A DNA stretch of 64,000 bases from contig JASGHJ010000002.1 of assembly GCA_047602405.1 (NCBI GenBank), forward strand, positions 64,001 to 128,000, given 5' to 3'. Of this stretch, positions 44,764 through 54,449 are shown piece after piece; the stretch's first letter is position 1, and each line of letters starts with the position of its first letter. Made by a program: the position numbers and the translations under genes. The DNA is from Anaeromyxobacteraceae bacterium. Its GTDB lineage: Bacteria > Myxococcota > Myxococcia > Myxococcales > Anaeromyxobacteraceae. The notes beneath the pieces are model-generated. The model saw only the letters and a program-made list of their open reading frames with translations. It made no database searches and was not told the origin of the DNA.

Positions 44764-45612
44764 TCAGTGGTGCCCGCCCATGCCGCCGCCGCCGGGCATC
44801 ATGCCGCCGCCACCGGGCATCATGCCGCCGCCGGTGCCGGGGCCCTCGTGGCAGTCGAAGCGGCCGCCGAGATCGGCGCACGCGGCGACGCAGATCGCGG
44901 CCGAGCCGTCGGTGGGGGTCACGCAGGTGCCGGAGACCTCGCCGTGGCGGCCGACCGTGCAGGCCGCGCCCACCGCGAGGCCGGCGCAGGCGTCGGCGGC
45001 GGAGGGGCGGAGGTCGTGCATCGGCGCACAGGCGAGGACGCCCGTGCCGGCCGGGCCGTAGGCGCAGGTCCCCGTGTGCGTCTCACCCTCGCGCCCGGTC
45101 ATCGTGCAGGCATCGCCGGCGGCGGAGGTGGCGCAGGCGTCGATCGCGGCCTGCGGCGGCATGTGCGCACGGCCGCAGACGAGCGTGGTGCCGTCCCGCG
45201 CGGTGACGCAGACGCCGGTGTGCGTGTCGCCGTCCTTCTCGGTCACGGTGCAGGCGTCGGCGGCCGCCTTGCCGGTGCACGCGTCGACGAGCTCCTGCGG
45301 CGGGCCCTTCGGGTTCGGGGCGCACGCGACCTGCGTGCCGTCGACCGTCGCGCGGCAGGTGCCGTCGATGGTGGTGGTGCCGTCGGACGCGAGGAGGGTG
45401 CAGGCGTCGCCGGCGGCCTTCGACGCGCAGGCGTCGAGCTGGGCCTGCGAGGGCGCGCAGAGGAGCGTGCCGGTCGCGTCGGTGGCGGAGGCGATGGTCG
45501 CGTCGATGCCGACCGCGGCCCCCGAGGAGGAGGACTTGCCGCCGGCGCAGCCGGCCGCGAGGAGGAGGGACGCCGCCAGGACCGCGGCTCGCTTCGTGTA
45601 GGTGTGGGTCAT
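44764..45612 (-). CDS. Cys-repeat lipoprotein with Gly/Met/His-rich tail
   Basis: Lipobox AAGC; four repeats of DACxx(K)xxGDACT…GxC…xC; tail GGGMMPGGGGMMPGGGGMGGHH. Confidence 0.8.
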   Translation of the reverse strand: MTHTYTKRAAVLAASLLLAAGCAGGKSSSSGAAVGIDATIASATDATGTLLCAPSQAQLDACASKAAGDACTLLASDGTTTIDGTCRATVDGTQVACAPNPKGPPQELVDACTGKAAADACTVTEKDGDTHTGVCVTARDGTTLVCGRAHMPPQAAIDACATSAAGDACTMTGREGETHTGTCAYGPAGTGVLACAPMHDLRPSAADACAGLAVGAACTVGRHGEVSGTCVTPTDGSAAICVAACADLGGRFDCHEGPGTGGGMMPGGGGMMPGGGGMGGHH

Positions 45613-45676
45613 CGGGGCTCCGGGGAGTTCCGGCTTCGGGCCGGTGCATTGCCGGCGTGCTGCCGGTCTCGAGGCG

Positions 45677-45705
45677 TACGACGGAGGCGCGCGGCAGAAG
45701 GTTCC
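45677..45705 (-). promoter_or_regulatory. ECF sigma promoter upstream of the Cys-repeat lipoprotein
   Basis: Minus strand GGAACC-N16-CGTCGTA. Confidence 0.7.
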
Positions 45706-45753
45706 CGCACACCGCTCCGGGCCTCGCACCCGTCGCTGGAGTATCCTCCGGCC

Positions 45754-46386
45754 GTGCACCGGGAGGACCAGGACGCGCTCGTCGCGAGGGCCCAGGACGG
45801 CGACGTCCGGGCCTTCGAGCTCCTGCTCGCGGAGCACCTCCCCACGGTGCGCCGCTTCGCGCGCGCGTTCGCGCAGACCGAGCATGAGGCGGACGACCTC
45901 GCACAGGACGCCCTGCTGCGCGTCTACCGGAACCTCCGCCTGTTCCGCTGGCAGTCCGCGTTCTCGACCTGGCTCTACGCGGTGGTGCGCAACGCCTTCC
46001 TCGACACCGGCAAGGGCCGCTCGGGCCGGCGGCGGGCCCTCGAGCAGCCCCTCGGGAAGGAGCACGAGGAGCACGCGGGCGGGGTCCGGCCCGACGAGGC
46101 CGCCCTCGGAGAGGAGGAGCGGCGGCGGGTCTGGGACGCGCTGCGCCGGATTCCCGAGGAATTCCGCACGGCCGTCGTGCTCTTCGACATCGAGGGCCGC
46201 ACCTACGACGAGGTCGCGGCCGTCGAGGGGGTGGCGGTCGGCACGGTGAAGTCGCGCCTGCACCGGGGCCGCGCGGCGCTCCGTGCGCTGCTCGGGGACC
46301 TCCCGTCGGAGGGTGACCCCGAGGGCGACGAGGCCGCGGGAACCTCGGGGCGTCGAGCTTCGTCACACGGCACGAGGGGAGCATGA
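45754..46386 (+). CDS. ECF RNA polymerase sigma factor
   Basis: LVARAQDGDVRAFELL, ADDLAQDALL, FSTWLY, YDEVA…GTVKSRLHRGR. Confidence 0.92.
   Translation: MHREDQDALVARAQDGDVRAFELLLAEHLPTVRRFARAFAQTEHEADDLAQDALLRVYRNLRLFRWQSAFSTWLYAVVRNAFLDTGKGRSGRRRALEQPLGKEHEEHAGGVRPDEAALGEEERRRVWDALRRIPEEFRTAVVLFDIEGRTYDEVAAVEGVAVGTVKSRLHRGRAALRALLGDLPSEGDPEGDEAAGTSGRRASSHGTRGA
46339..46366 (+). promoter_or_regulatory. ECF sigma promoter inside the 3' end of the sigma gene, upstream of the anti-sigma gene
   Basis: GGAACC-N16-CGTCAC; shares GCGGGAACCT with the promoter at 45677-45705. Confidence 0.7.
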
Positions 46387-46955
46387 GCGACCTGGAACGC
46401 GAGGAGAGGGAGCTGCGCGAACGCCTGCGGGCGCTCCGCGTCGATCCACCCGATCGCGGCTTCTCCGCGGGCCTCCACGCCCGCCTCGCCGCCGCCGGAC
46501 CGCCGGCGCCGGAGCCCTGGTGGCGCCGCCTCGGCGAGCTCCTCTCCGCGCCCCGCTGGGCCTGGCCGGCCGCCGGCCTCGCCACCGGCGTCGCCGTCTT
46601 CCTCGCGCTCACCTGGCTCCCCGGCCTGCGCGGCGGCGCCGGCGAGCGGGCCGCGCACGTCACGACGCTCCCCGCCACGCAGGTCGCGCTCGTCCGCCTC
46701 AACCTCTCCACCGAGGTGGACGTCGCGAACGCCCGCATCTGGATCACGCTCCCCCGCGAGCTGTCGTTCTGGGCCGAGGGCGAGGAGCTGCCGGACCGCA
46801 CGCTGGAGTGGACGCAGGCGCTCCGCCGCGGCGACAACGAGATCCCCGTGGCCGTGCGCGGCAAGGCGCCCGGCCGCTACCGCATCGCGGTGAGCGCCCT
46901 CGTCGGCGGCGAGCAGGTGAAGGACGAGGTCGTGCTCGAGGTGGTGGACGGATGA
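46383..46955 (+). CDS. Putative membrane anti-sigma factor
   Basis: ATGA overlap with the sigma gene; short cytoplasmic N-terminus, single TM, beta-sandwich-like periplasmic domain. Confidence 0.7.
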   Translation: MSDLEREERELRERLRALRVDPPDRGFSAGLHARLAAAGPPAPEPWWRRLGELLSAPRWAWPAAGLATGVAVFLALTWLPGLRGGAGERAAHVTTLPATQVALVRLNLSTEVDVANARIWITLPRELSFWAEGEELPDRTLEWTQALRRGDNEIPVAVRGKAPGRYRIAVSALVGGEQVKDEVVLEVVDG

Positions 46956-47362
46956 AGCCCGCGCTCCTCTCCCTGCTGCTCGCGCTGGCGGCGCCCGCGG
47001 CCGCCGACGGCCCGCAGTCGACCGCCGCCCAGGGCCAGGACGCCCTCGCCCCCGGCAAGGACGCCCCCGGCCAGCGGGTGAAGGCCTCGCACCGCGTGGA
47101 CGTCATCGCCCCCGGCGAGCGCGTCGAGACCGTCATCGATCGGCTGCGCGCCGCGCGGCCGCAGGCCACCGGCGCCGCCGAGGCGCCGCCGTCCGCGGAC
47201 CGCCCCGTCCGCCCGCCCGACGGCCGCGCCGGTGGCGAGCACGATCGCGCGGGCGCGCGCGGCGGCCGCGAAGGGCACGAAGGGATGCCGCCGCCCGGGA
47301 CCGCCCCGCCGGGCACGGCCCCCCCACCCATGGGTAGCCACGGCGAACGCCAGCATCGATGA
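46952..47362 (+). CDS. Small secreted, largely disordered hypothetical protein
   Basis: Signal peptide MKPALLSLLLALAAPAAA; ATGA overlaps on both sides; short core HRVDVIAPGERVETVIDRLR; Pro/His-rich tail. Confidence 0.65.
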   Translation: MKPALLSLLLALAAPAAADGPQSTAAQGQDALAPGKDAPGQRVKASHRVDVIAPGERVETVIDRLRAARPQATGAAEAPPSADRPVRPPDGRAGGEHDRAGARGGREGHEGMPPPGTAPPGTAPPPMGSHGERQHR

Positions 47363-49143
47363 TCGCGGCCACCGCGCTCGCGCTCGTCGTCGCCGCGTCG
47401 CCGGCCACCGGCCCGGACCCGCTCGCCGCGGCCCGGGCCGCGCTCGCGTCGGGTGATCCCGCGTCCGCGGAGCGGCTCGCGCTCGCCGCCGCGGAGGCGC
47501 GCGACGCGGCCGCGCTCTACCTCGTCGGCGTCGCCCGCTTCCGCCTCGGCCGCCCCGCCGAGGCGCTCGACGCGCTCGACCGGGCCGGGCCCGAGGGCGA
47601 CGCGCCCGGGCCCTGGAGCTACAACCGCGGCGCGTGCCTGCTCGATCTCGGCCGCCCCGAGGAGGCGGAGCGGGCGTTCGTGGCCGCGGCAGAAGCGGAC
47701 CGCGCGCTCGCGCCGGTCGCGCTCGTGAACGCGGGCTTCGCCGCGCTCGACGCGGGCGCGCTCGACCGCGCCACGGCGCACGCGGCCGCCGCGCGCCACG
47801 CCGCGGAGGGGCCGGGCGCCGACCTCGTGGGCGAGCTCGAGCGCGGGGTGGCCGAGGCCGCCGCGGCGCGGGCGACCGCGGCGTACGCGGCGGGGCTCGC
47901 GGCGTTCGACCGGGGCGACTTCGTCGAGGCGCGCGGCCGGTTCGTGGCGGCGGCGGAGCTCGCGCCGAAGGACGGGAAGAGCCGGCTCATGGCCGGGGCG
48001 AGCGCGCTCCGCCGCGGCGAGCGCGACGCCGGCGAGGCCGACGTGCGCCGGGCGCTCGAGCTCGGCCTCGCGGCCGAGGACGCGCGCGTCGCGCTCGCGT
48101 ACCTGCAGCGGCCCGCCGCCGAGGGCGCGTGGAGCGCGCTCGCGAGCGCGGAGGCCGGCTGGGACTCGAACGCCCTGCAGACCGGCACCGGCGTCGCGAA
48201 CGACCGGTTCGCCACGGCGGCCGGGCGGACCTCGAGCCCGTTCGCGCAGGCGGAGCTCGCCATCGGGTGGGGCGGCACGTTGAAGGGCCTGCGCCTCGAC
48301 GCCGGCTACGACCTCGTGCAGCTCGCCTACGCCGCGCAGGCCGCGCAGGACTACGGCGTGCAGCAGCACGCGGGCCTCCTCGCGCTCACCTTCCGGCCGC
48401 CGGGCCCGCTCACCCTCGGCCTCGCCGCGGAGGGGCAGGTGGCCTTCACCGGCCTCTCCGACTTCCGAGGGCTCCTCGCCGCGGGCGGGCTGCGGGGCTG
48501 GGCCGCGCTCGCGGAAGGGCGCCACCTGGCGACGCGCCTCGAGCTCGCCGCGGATCGCCGCCGCGGGCTCGACGGCTTCGGCTACCTCGGGGGGCGTCGG
48601 CTCGAGGCGGGCCTCTCGCAGGAGGTCGCGCGCTCGCGCGCGACGCTGCGGGGCGGGTACCGGCTCAGGCTCGACGACCTCGGGGACGACGTCGCGGCCG
48701 CCCCGGCCCCGCACGGCCCGCAGTGCGACATGATGGACGGGTGCACCGCGGCGACGATCTCGCGCTTCGGGCACCTCGGGCAGCTCGGTTGGCTGTCCGC
48801 GAAGGTCACGCTCACGCCGCGGCTCACGCTGGACCTGTCGGCGGGAATCGAGCGGCGGGTGTACCGGGGGGACGACCGGTTCCTCGTGACGGTCCTCGGC
48901 GGGCCGACGCTCGTGGCGTACGCGCAGCGGCGGAAGGACTGGCGCGTGACCGCCGGGGCGAGCCTCGGGCTCCAGCTCGCCGGGCCGTGGTCCGTCGTGG
49001 CGCGGTGGGACCACGTCACGAACCTGTCGACCCTGGACGGGCGGCGGACGGATTGCACGGAGGGCTTCTGCCCGCCGTCGCCGCTCGGGGACCGGAACTA
49101 CGAGAAGGACGTCGTGGGGGTCGGGATCTCGGGAACGTATTGA
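47359..49143 (+). CDS. TPR plus outer-membrane beta-barrel protein (Slam-like architecture)
   Basis: Signal peptide, Ala-rich TPR repeats, GWDSN barrel start, alternating beta-strands, C-terminal aromatic (ISGTY). Confidence 0.7.
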   Translation: MIAATALALVVAASPATGPDPLAAARAALASGDPASAERLALAAAEARDAAALYLVGVARFRLGRPAEALDALDRAGPEGDAPGPWSYNRGACLLDLGRPEEAERAFVAAAEADRALAPVALVNAGFAALDAGALDRATAHAAAARHAAEGPGADLVGELERGVAEAAAARATAAYAAGLAAFDRGDFVEARGRFVAAAELAPKDGKSRLMAGASALRRGERDAGEADVRRALELGLAAEDARVALAYLQRPAAEGAWSALASAEAGWDSNALQTGTGVANDRFATAAGRTSSPFAQAELAIGWGGTLKGLRLDAGYDLVQLAYAAQAAQDYGVQQHAGLLALTFRPPGPLTLGLAAEGQVAFTGLSDFRGLLAAGGLRGWAALAEGRHLATRLELAADRRRGLDGFGYLGGRRLEAGLSQEVARSRATLRGGYRLRLDDLGDDVAAAPAPHGPQCDMMDGCTAATISRFGHLGQLGWLSAKVTLTPRLTLDLSAGIERRVYRGDDRFLVTVLGGPTLVAYAQRRKDWRVTAGASLGLQLAGPWSVVARWDHVTNLSTLDGRRTDCTEGFCPPSPLGDRNYEKDVVGVGISGTY

Positions 49144-49169
49144 GCGGGAGGGTGTCCCTACCTTCCCCC

Positions 49170-50864
49170 ATGCTCTTCTTCGGCGACGCCTCCCGCTCCG
49201 CCGAGCCCCGCGCCGTCCTCGCCTCCCTCCGCGAGACCCTCGCGGCCCTCGCGAGCCTCCCCGCCGGTCCCGACCGCCACTCCGCGCTCGCCGCCGCCCT
49301 GGTCGGGTCCGGGATCCTCGCCCAGGCCCTCGCCGACGCGCCGGGCGAAGCAGGCGCCCCGGAGTCCATGGCGCTCACCGCCTCCCTCGCCCGCGCCCTC
49401 TGGCGCTCGTTCCGGACCGGCGGCCGCGCAGCGGTCCCGTCCGGTCTTCCGCTGGCCCCGCTCGAGGCGGCCCCGATGCCGCCGCGGGTCCGCCTCCGCC
49501 GCCCCGAGGGCTTCGCCCTCTACGGCCTCGCGCCCGAGGCGCACGCAGTCGCCGCCCGGGCCCTCTCGTCCCGCCGCGATCGCCTCGTCGTCCTCGGCCT
49601 GCGCTCCATCGGCACCGCGCTCGCCGCGATGGTCGCCGCGGGCGCCGGCTCGGACGCGACCCCTTTCACCGTCCGTCCCACCGGACACCCCTGGTCCCGC
49701 GAGGTCACCCTCCCGCACGGCTTCCCCGCCCGCGGCGCCACGGTCGCGATCGCCGACGAGGGGCCCGGTCTCTCCGGCTCCTCCCTCGCCGCCGCCGCCC
49801 GCGCGGCGCTCGAGGCGGGCGCGGCCGAGGTCGTCCTCCTCCCCGCGCACGCCGGCGGCCCCGGTCCGGCCGCCTCCCCGGAGACGCGCGCGCTCCTCGC
49901 CTCGCTGTCCACGCGCTGCGTCCCCTCCGGCCGCCTCGTCGCGGGCCGCGGCCCGCTCGCGCTCCCCCGGCTCGTCGAGGACCTCACCGGGCCCGCCGAC
50001 GGCCCCGCCGCATGCCTCGCCGGCGGAGCCTGGCGCACGCACGTCCCCGGCGCCGCGCGCGCGCCGTCGACCGGCTGGCTCGAGCGCCCGAAGCACCTCC
50101 TCTCCGCGGGCGGTCGCCGCTGGCTCGCGCGCCTCGCGGGCCACGGCGAGGAAGGTCCCCGCCGGCTCGCCCGCGCCCGAGCGCTCGCGGCGGCCGGGCT
50201 CTGGGGCGAGCCCGCGGGCCTTCGCCACGGCCTCATCCTGGAGCCCTGGCTCGAGGGCGCGCGGCCGTTGCCCGTCGCGCCGCCGCCCGCGCGGGCCGCG
50301 CTGCGCGCCGCGCTCGCGCGGTGGGTCGCCGTCGCGGCCGCGCGGCCGGCGCCACCGGAGGCGGGCGCCGATCCCGAGGCGGTCGCGCGGATGATCTCCG
50401 TGAACGCGGCGGAGGCGCTCGGCCCGGAGGCGGCGGCGGGCGCGGCGCGGCTCGCGGCGCTCGCGCCCGAGGTCGCCCGGCAGGCGCGGGCGGTCGAGCT
50501 CGACGGCCGGCCCGCGGCGTGGAAGTGGCACGTGCTCGCGGACGGCCGGCTCGCGAAGGCGGACGGCGCGGATCACCTCGCGGGCCACGAGCTCGCCGGC
50601 TGCCAGGACGCGCTGTGGGACGTGGCGGGCGCCGCGCTCGAGCTCGGCCTCGAGCCCGCCGAGGAGCGCGCGCTCGCGGAGGCGGCCCGCGCGGCGGGTC
50701 CGGGCGCCGACCCGTCGCTCTTGCCGTTCTACCGGGCGGCCCACGCGGCGCAGGAGCTCGGGCGCTGGACCTTCGCGGCCTCGTCCGCGGTGGGCCCCGA
50801 CCGGGCCCGGTGCGAGGGGGAGCGCGACCGGTACCGGGCGGCGCTCGCGGCCGCGCTCGGGTAG
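49170..50864 (+). CDS. Hypothetical protein with PRTase-like and kinase-like segments
   Basis: PEGFALYGL, VLGLRSIGT, IADEGPGLSGSS (PRPP-loop-like); C-terminal LDGRPAAWKW…KADG…QDALWDVAG. Confidence 0.55.
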   Translation: MLFFGDASRSAEPRAVLASLRETLAALASLPAGPDRHSALAAALVGSGILAQALADAPGEAGAPESMALTASLARALWRSFRTGGRAAVPSGLPLAPLEAAPMPPRVRLRRPEGFALYGLAPEAHAVAARALSSRRDRLVVLGLRSIGTALAAMVAAGAGSDATPFTVRPTGHPWSREVTLPHGFPARGATVAIADEGPGLSGSSLAAAARAALEAGAAEVVLLPAHAGGPGPAASPETRALLASLSTRCVPSGRLVAGRGPLALPRLVEDLTGPADGPAACLAGGAWRTHVPGAARAPSTGWLERPKHLLSAGGRRWLARLAGHGEEGPRRLARARALAAAGLWGEPAGLRHGLILEPWLEGARPLPVAPPPARAALRAALARWVAVAAARPAPPEAGADPEAVARMISVNAAEALGPEAAAGAARLAALAPEVARQARAVELDGRPAAWKWHVLADGRLAKADGADHLAGHELAGCQDALWDVAGAALELGLEPAEERALAEAARAAGPGADPSLLPFYRAAHAAQELGRWTFAASSAVGPDRARCEGERDRYRAALAAALG

Positions 50865-50873
50865 AGTGCGCCC

Positions 50874-51311
50874 GTGAACCCCTCGCACGGGACCGACATC
50901 GCCCGCGTCATCCAGCTCGCGGTGGCGCCGGTGTTCCTCCTCACCGCCATCGGCACCATCCTCTCGGTGCTCTCCGGCCGGCTCGCCCGGGTGGTCGACC
51001 GCGCGCGGGTCCTCGTGGGCATCATCGAGGCGGCGCCGCCGGACCGGCGCACCCCCGCCGAGGAGGAGCTCGCGATCCTGCTGCGCCGCCGGCACCTCGT
51101 GAACCTCGCCATCACGGCGGGCACGACCGCCGCGCTCCTCGTGAGCGTCCTCATCATGTCCGCCTTCGTCGGGTACCTCGTGGGTGCCGACTTCTCGGTC
51201 GCCCTCGCGGTGCTCTTCATCGGGGCCATGGTCGCGTTCGTGACCGCGCTCCTGTTCTTCCTCCGCGAGATCCTCATCGCGGTCGGCAGCCTCCGCCTCG
51301 ACCTGCGCTGA
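50874..51311 (+). CDS. DUF2721-like membrane protein
   Basis: IQLAVAPVFLLTAIG…RLARVVDRAR…FLREI pattern with three TM segments. Confidence 0.8.
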   Translation: MNPSHGTDIARVIQLAVAPVFLLTAIGTILSVLSGRLARVVDRARVLVGIIEAAPPDRRTPAEEELAILLRRRHLVNLAITAGTTAALLVSVLIMSAFVGYLVGADFSVALAVLFIGAMVAFVTALLFFLREILIAVGSLRLDLR

Positions 51312-51346
51312 GCTACACTCGCCGCCTTCGACGGAGGTCCCCCCGC

Positions 51347-54058
51347 GTGCTCCTCGCCCTCGCCGCCACCCTCGGGCTCGCCACCGGCGCGCCCGCCGCC
51401 GCCCCGGTCTCAGGCCCCGCCGCCGCCCTGCGCGTCGACGAGGCTCCGCCGCTGCTCGACCTGCCCGCCGACGTCCGGGCGGTCCGGGCCCAGGTGGAGC
51501 TCGAGGTCGATCCCGCGGCGGACGGGTTCCGGGGGAGCATCGCGCTCGAGGTGACGCTCGCGGAGCCGCGCCGGGTGATCTGGCTCCACGGCCGCGGGCT
51601 CTCGGTGGACGAGGCCGCCGTCGAGGCGGGCGGGGTGAAGGCCCCCGCCGCGTACGCGCAGGTCACGCCGGAGGGCGTCGCGTCCCTCACGCTCGCGGCC
51701 CCGGTCGGACCCGGGCCGGCGACGCTGCGCCTCCGCTGGCACGCGCCCTGGGGCGCGCTCGCCGGCCTCTACGTCTCGCGCCAGGGCGAGGACCGCTACG
51801 CGGTCACGCACCTCGAGGCCGTCGATGCGCGCGGCCTCCTGCCGTGCTTCGACGAGCCCTCGGCGAAGATCCCCTGGGAGCTCACGCTCACCGTGCCGGA
51901 CGGGCTCACCGCGATCTCGAACCAGCCCGCGGCGTCCAGCGTGGCGCTCCCCGGCGGGAAGCGAAAGGTGGTCTTCGCGAGGACGCGGCCGCTCCCGAGC
52001 TACCTGCTCTTCGTCGGGGTGGGGCCGTTCGACGCCGTGCCCGACGGGCCGCTCCCGCCGAACGAGGTCCGGCCCCGCGCGCTGCCGGTGCGCGGGCTCG
52101 CGCCGCGCGGGCGCGGCAAGGAGCTCGAGGTGGCGCTCGAGCAGGGGGCGCGGATCGTGCCGGCCCTGGAGCGCTACTTCGGCGTGGCCTACCCCTACGA
52201 CAAGCTCGACCACGTCGTGATCAGCGACTTCGCCCCGGGCGGGATGGAGAACGCCGGGGCCATCGCCTACCGCGACACCGCGTTCCTCTTCTCGGACGGG
52301 CGCACGCCCGAGGCGATGCGGCGCCGCATCGCCTCGCTCACCTCGCACGAGCTCGGCCACCAGTGGTTCGGCGACATGGTCACGCTGCGCTCCTGGACCG
52401 ACGTGTGGCTCAACGAGGCCTTCGCGAGCTGGGTGACGCCGAAGGGGCTCGCCCCCTGGCCCGCCTGGCGCGCGGAGCTCCAGGTCCTGCGCGGCGCCGG
52501 CGACGCGATGGATCGCGACGGCTTCGCCTCGGCGCGCAAGATCCGCCAGCCGCTCGCGCGCATCTCGGAGGTCGGGCTGCAGTTCGACGTGATGAGCTAC
52601 CAGAAGGGCGCGGCCGTGCTCGCGATGTTCGAGCGCTTCGCCGGGCCCGAGAAGTTCCGCGCGGGCGTGAAGGCCTACCTCGAGCAGCACCGGGACGGCG
52701 TCGCCACCACCGCCGACTTCCTCCAGGCGCTCTCCGCGGCGGCGGGCCGCGACCTCGGGCCGGCGTTCTCGTCGTTCCTCGACCAGCCCGGGGTGCCCCT
52801 CGTGCGCGCCGAGCGCGTCTGCGAGAAGGGGAAGGCGAGCGTGCTCCTGCGCCAGTCCCGCTGGCAGCCGCGCGGGGCGGCGCCCGCGCCCGCCCAGCTC
52901 TGGAGGATCCCGGTCTGCGTGCGGGCCGGCGCCGGCAAGGAGAGCGCCGAGGCCTGCACGCTCCTCGAGGAGGCGGAGGGGGTGCTCGACCTGCCCGGGC
53001 CCTGCCCGGACTGGATCCACCCGAACGCCGGCGGCGCCGGCTACTACCGCTTCGCGCTCGAGGGGCCGGACCTCGCGCGCCTCCTCGGCCGCGGGCTCCC
53101 GTCGCTGACCGCGGCGGAGAAGATCTCGGTCGGCCAGTCGATCGAGGCGGCCGAGGCCGCCGGGCAGCTGCGCTACGCCGAGCTCGCCGGCGCCGCGGTC
53201 GCGCTCGCCCGGGACCCGGACCTCGACGTTGCCCTCTCGGTGCGCGGCGTCTTCGAGGACGCGCGCGTGCGGCTCGTGCCGCCGGCGGAGCGCGCGGCGG
53301 TGGAGGCCGCCGTGGTGCGCCTGTACCGCCCGGCCTTCGACCGGCTCGGCTGGTACCCGCGCGGCGGCGAGGACGTCGAGGCCCGCCGCCACCGCGCCGA
53401 GCTCTTCGACCTCCTCGTCTCGACCGGCCGCGATCGCGAGCTGCGCGCCGAGGCCGTCGCGAAGGCGGCCGGGTGGCTCGGCCTCGACGGGAAGACCCCC
53501 GACCCCTCCGCGGTCCCCATCGACCTCGTCGCGACCGCGCTCTCGGCCGCGGTGCAGGACGACCCGCGCGCCTTCGACGCCGCGCTCTCTCGCGCGCCGG
53601 ACGCGAAGGGCGGGCAGCGCTACCAGCTCCTCACTGCGCTCCGCCGCACCACCGATCCGGCGCGGTTCGCGAAGGCGTGGGCGCTCAAGGACGACCCGCG
53701 GCTCGGCAAGCGCGAGCGGCTCTCGGCGGTCTCGGAGTGGCCGGAGGAGGCGCAGCCGCTCGTCACCGAGGCGTTCCTCGCCGACGTCGACGCGATCGTG
53801 AAGCTCCTCCCCACCGAGAACGTCTCCGGCCTGCCGCGGCTCGCGGGCCGGCCCTGCGACGCCGTGCGCGCGGCCCGCGTGAAGGCCGCGCTCGAGCCGC
53901 GCGTCGCCGCCGAGCCGGGCATGCGCCGCCCGCTCGATCAGCTCCTCGAGGGCGCCGCGATCTGCGCGGCCGCGCGCGACGCGAACGGGGAGGCGGCGGC
54001 GAAGGCCTTCCGGGTGCTGGGCAGGGCGCCGGCGAAGGCGAGCGGGGGGAGGCCGTGA
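51347..54058 (+). CDS. M1-family aminopeptidase, exported
   Basis: PCFDEPSAK, GGMEN, HELGHQWFG…WLNEAFA, YQKG; GGAGG RBS and signal peptide. Confidence 0.92.
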   Translation: MLLALAATLGLATGAPAAAPVSGPAAALRVDEAPPLLDLPADVRAVRAQVELEVDPAADGFRGSIALEVTLAEPRRVIWLHGRGLSVDEAAVEAGGVKAPAAYAQVTPEGVASLTLAAPVGPGPATLRLRWHAPWGALAGLYVSRQGEDRYAVTHLEAVDARGLLPCFDEPSAKIPWELTLTVPDGLTAISNQPAASSVALPGGKRKVVFARTRPLPSYLLFVGVGPFDAVPDGPLPPNEVRPRALPVRGLAPRGRGKELEVALEQGARIVPALERYFGVAYPYDKLDHVVISDFAPGGMENAGAIAYRDTAFLFSDGRTPEAMRRRIASLTSHELGHQWFGDMVTLRSWTDVWLNEAFASWVTPKGLAPWPAWRAELQVLRGAGDAMDRDGFASARKIRQPLARISEVGLQFDVMSYQKGAAVLAMFERFAGPEKFRAGVKAYLEQHRDGVATTADFLQALSAAAGRDLGPAFSSFLDQPGVPLVRAERVCEKGKASVLLRQSRWQPRGAAPAPAQLWRIPVCVRAGAGKESAEACTLLEEAEGVLDLPGPCPDWIHPNAGGAGYYRFALEGPDLARLLGRGLPSLTAAEKISVGQSIEAAEAAGQLRYAELAGAAVALARDPDLDVALSVRGVFEDARVRLVPPAERAAVEAAVVRLYRPAFDRLGWYPRGGEDVEARRHRAELFDLLVSTGRDRELRAEAVAKAAGWLGLDGKTPDPSAVPIDLVATALSAAVQDDPRAFDAALSRAPDAKGGQRYQLLTALRRTTDPARFAKAWALKDDPRLGKRERLSAVSEWPEEAQPLVTEAFLADVDAIVKLLPTENVSGLPRLAGRPCDAVRAARVKAALEPRVAAEPGMRRPLDQLLEGAAICAAARDANGEAAAKAFRVLGRAPAKASGGRP

Positions 54059-54426
54059 GCGTGGCCTACGACGCCGAGCGCGCCCCCGACGCCGCGCCCT
54101 GGTCCGCGGCCTCCCGGGAGGACCGGGTCCGCGCGGTCGAGGCGTTCCACGCCGCGAGCCAGGCGCCGCACCCGCCGATCGAGCGCGCCCGCATCCACGC
54201 GGCGCTGCACGTGGTGGTCGAGGACCAGCTCGCGAAGGGCGAGCCGCCGGAGGCCGCGCGCGCGGTCGCGCGGCTCGTGGCGGGCGGGGCGACCCGGCAC
54301 GCGGCCCTCCACGAGGTGGGCCGGGTCGCCTCGGCGGCGCTCCAGGCCGCGCTCACGACGGGCAGGTTCGACGCGGAGGCCTACGCCCGCGCGCTCGACG
54401 CGCTGGGGGTTCCGCCGCCGCCGTGA
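54055..54426 (+). CDS. Small helical protein (DUF1841-like)
   Basis: GTGA overlap with the peptidase gene; HAALHVVVEDQLA…RHAALH. Confidence 0.6.
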   Translation: MSVAYDAERAPDAAPWSAASREDRVRAVEAFHAASQAPHPPIERARIHAALHVVVEDQLAKGEPPEAARAVARLVAGGATRHAALHEVGRVASAALQAALTTGRFDAEAYARALDALGVPPPP

Positions 54427-54449
54427 GGGCGGCGTGCTAAGGATCGGGC

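Noticed and set aside
54427..54449. Fluoride riboswitch upstream of crcB
   Set aside because: Only 23 nt of intergenic sequence and no recognisable riboswitch motif.
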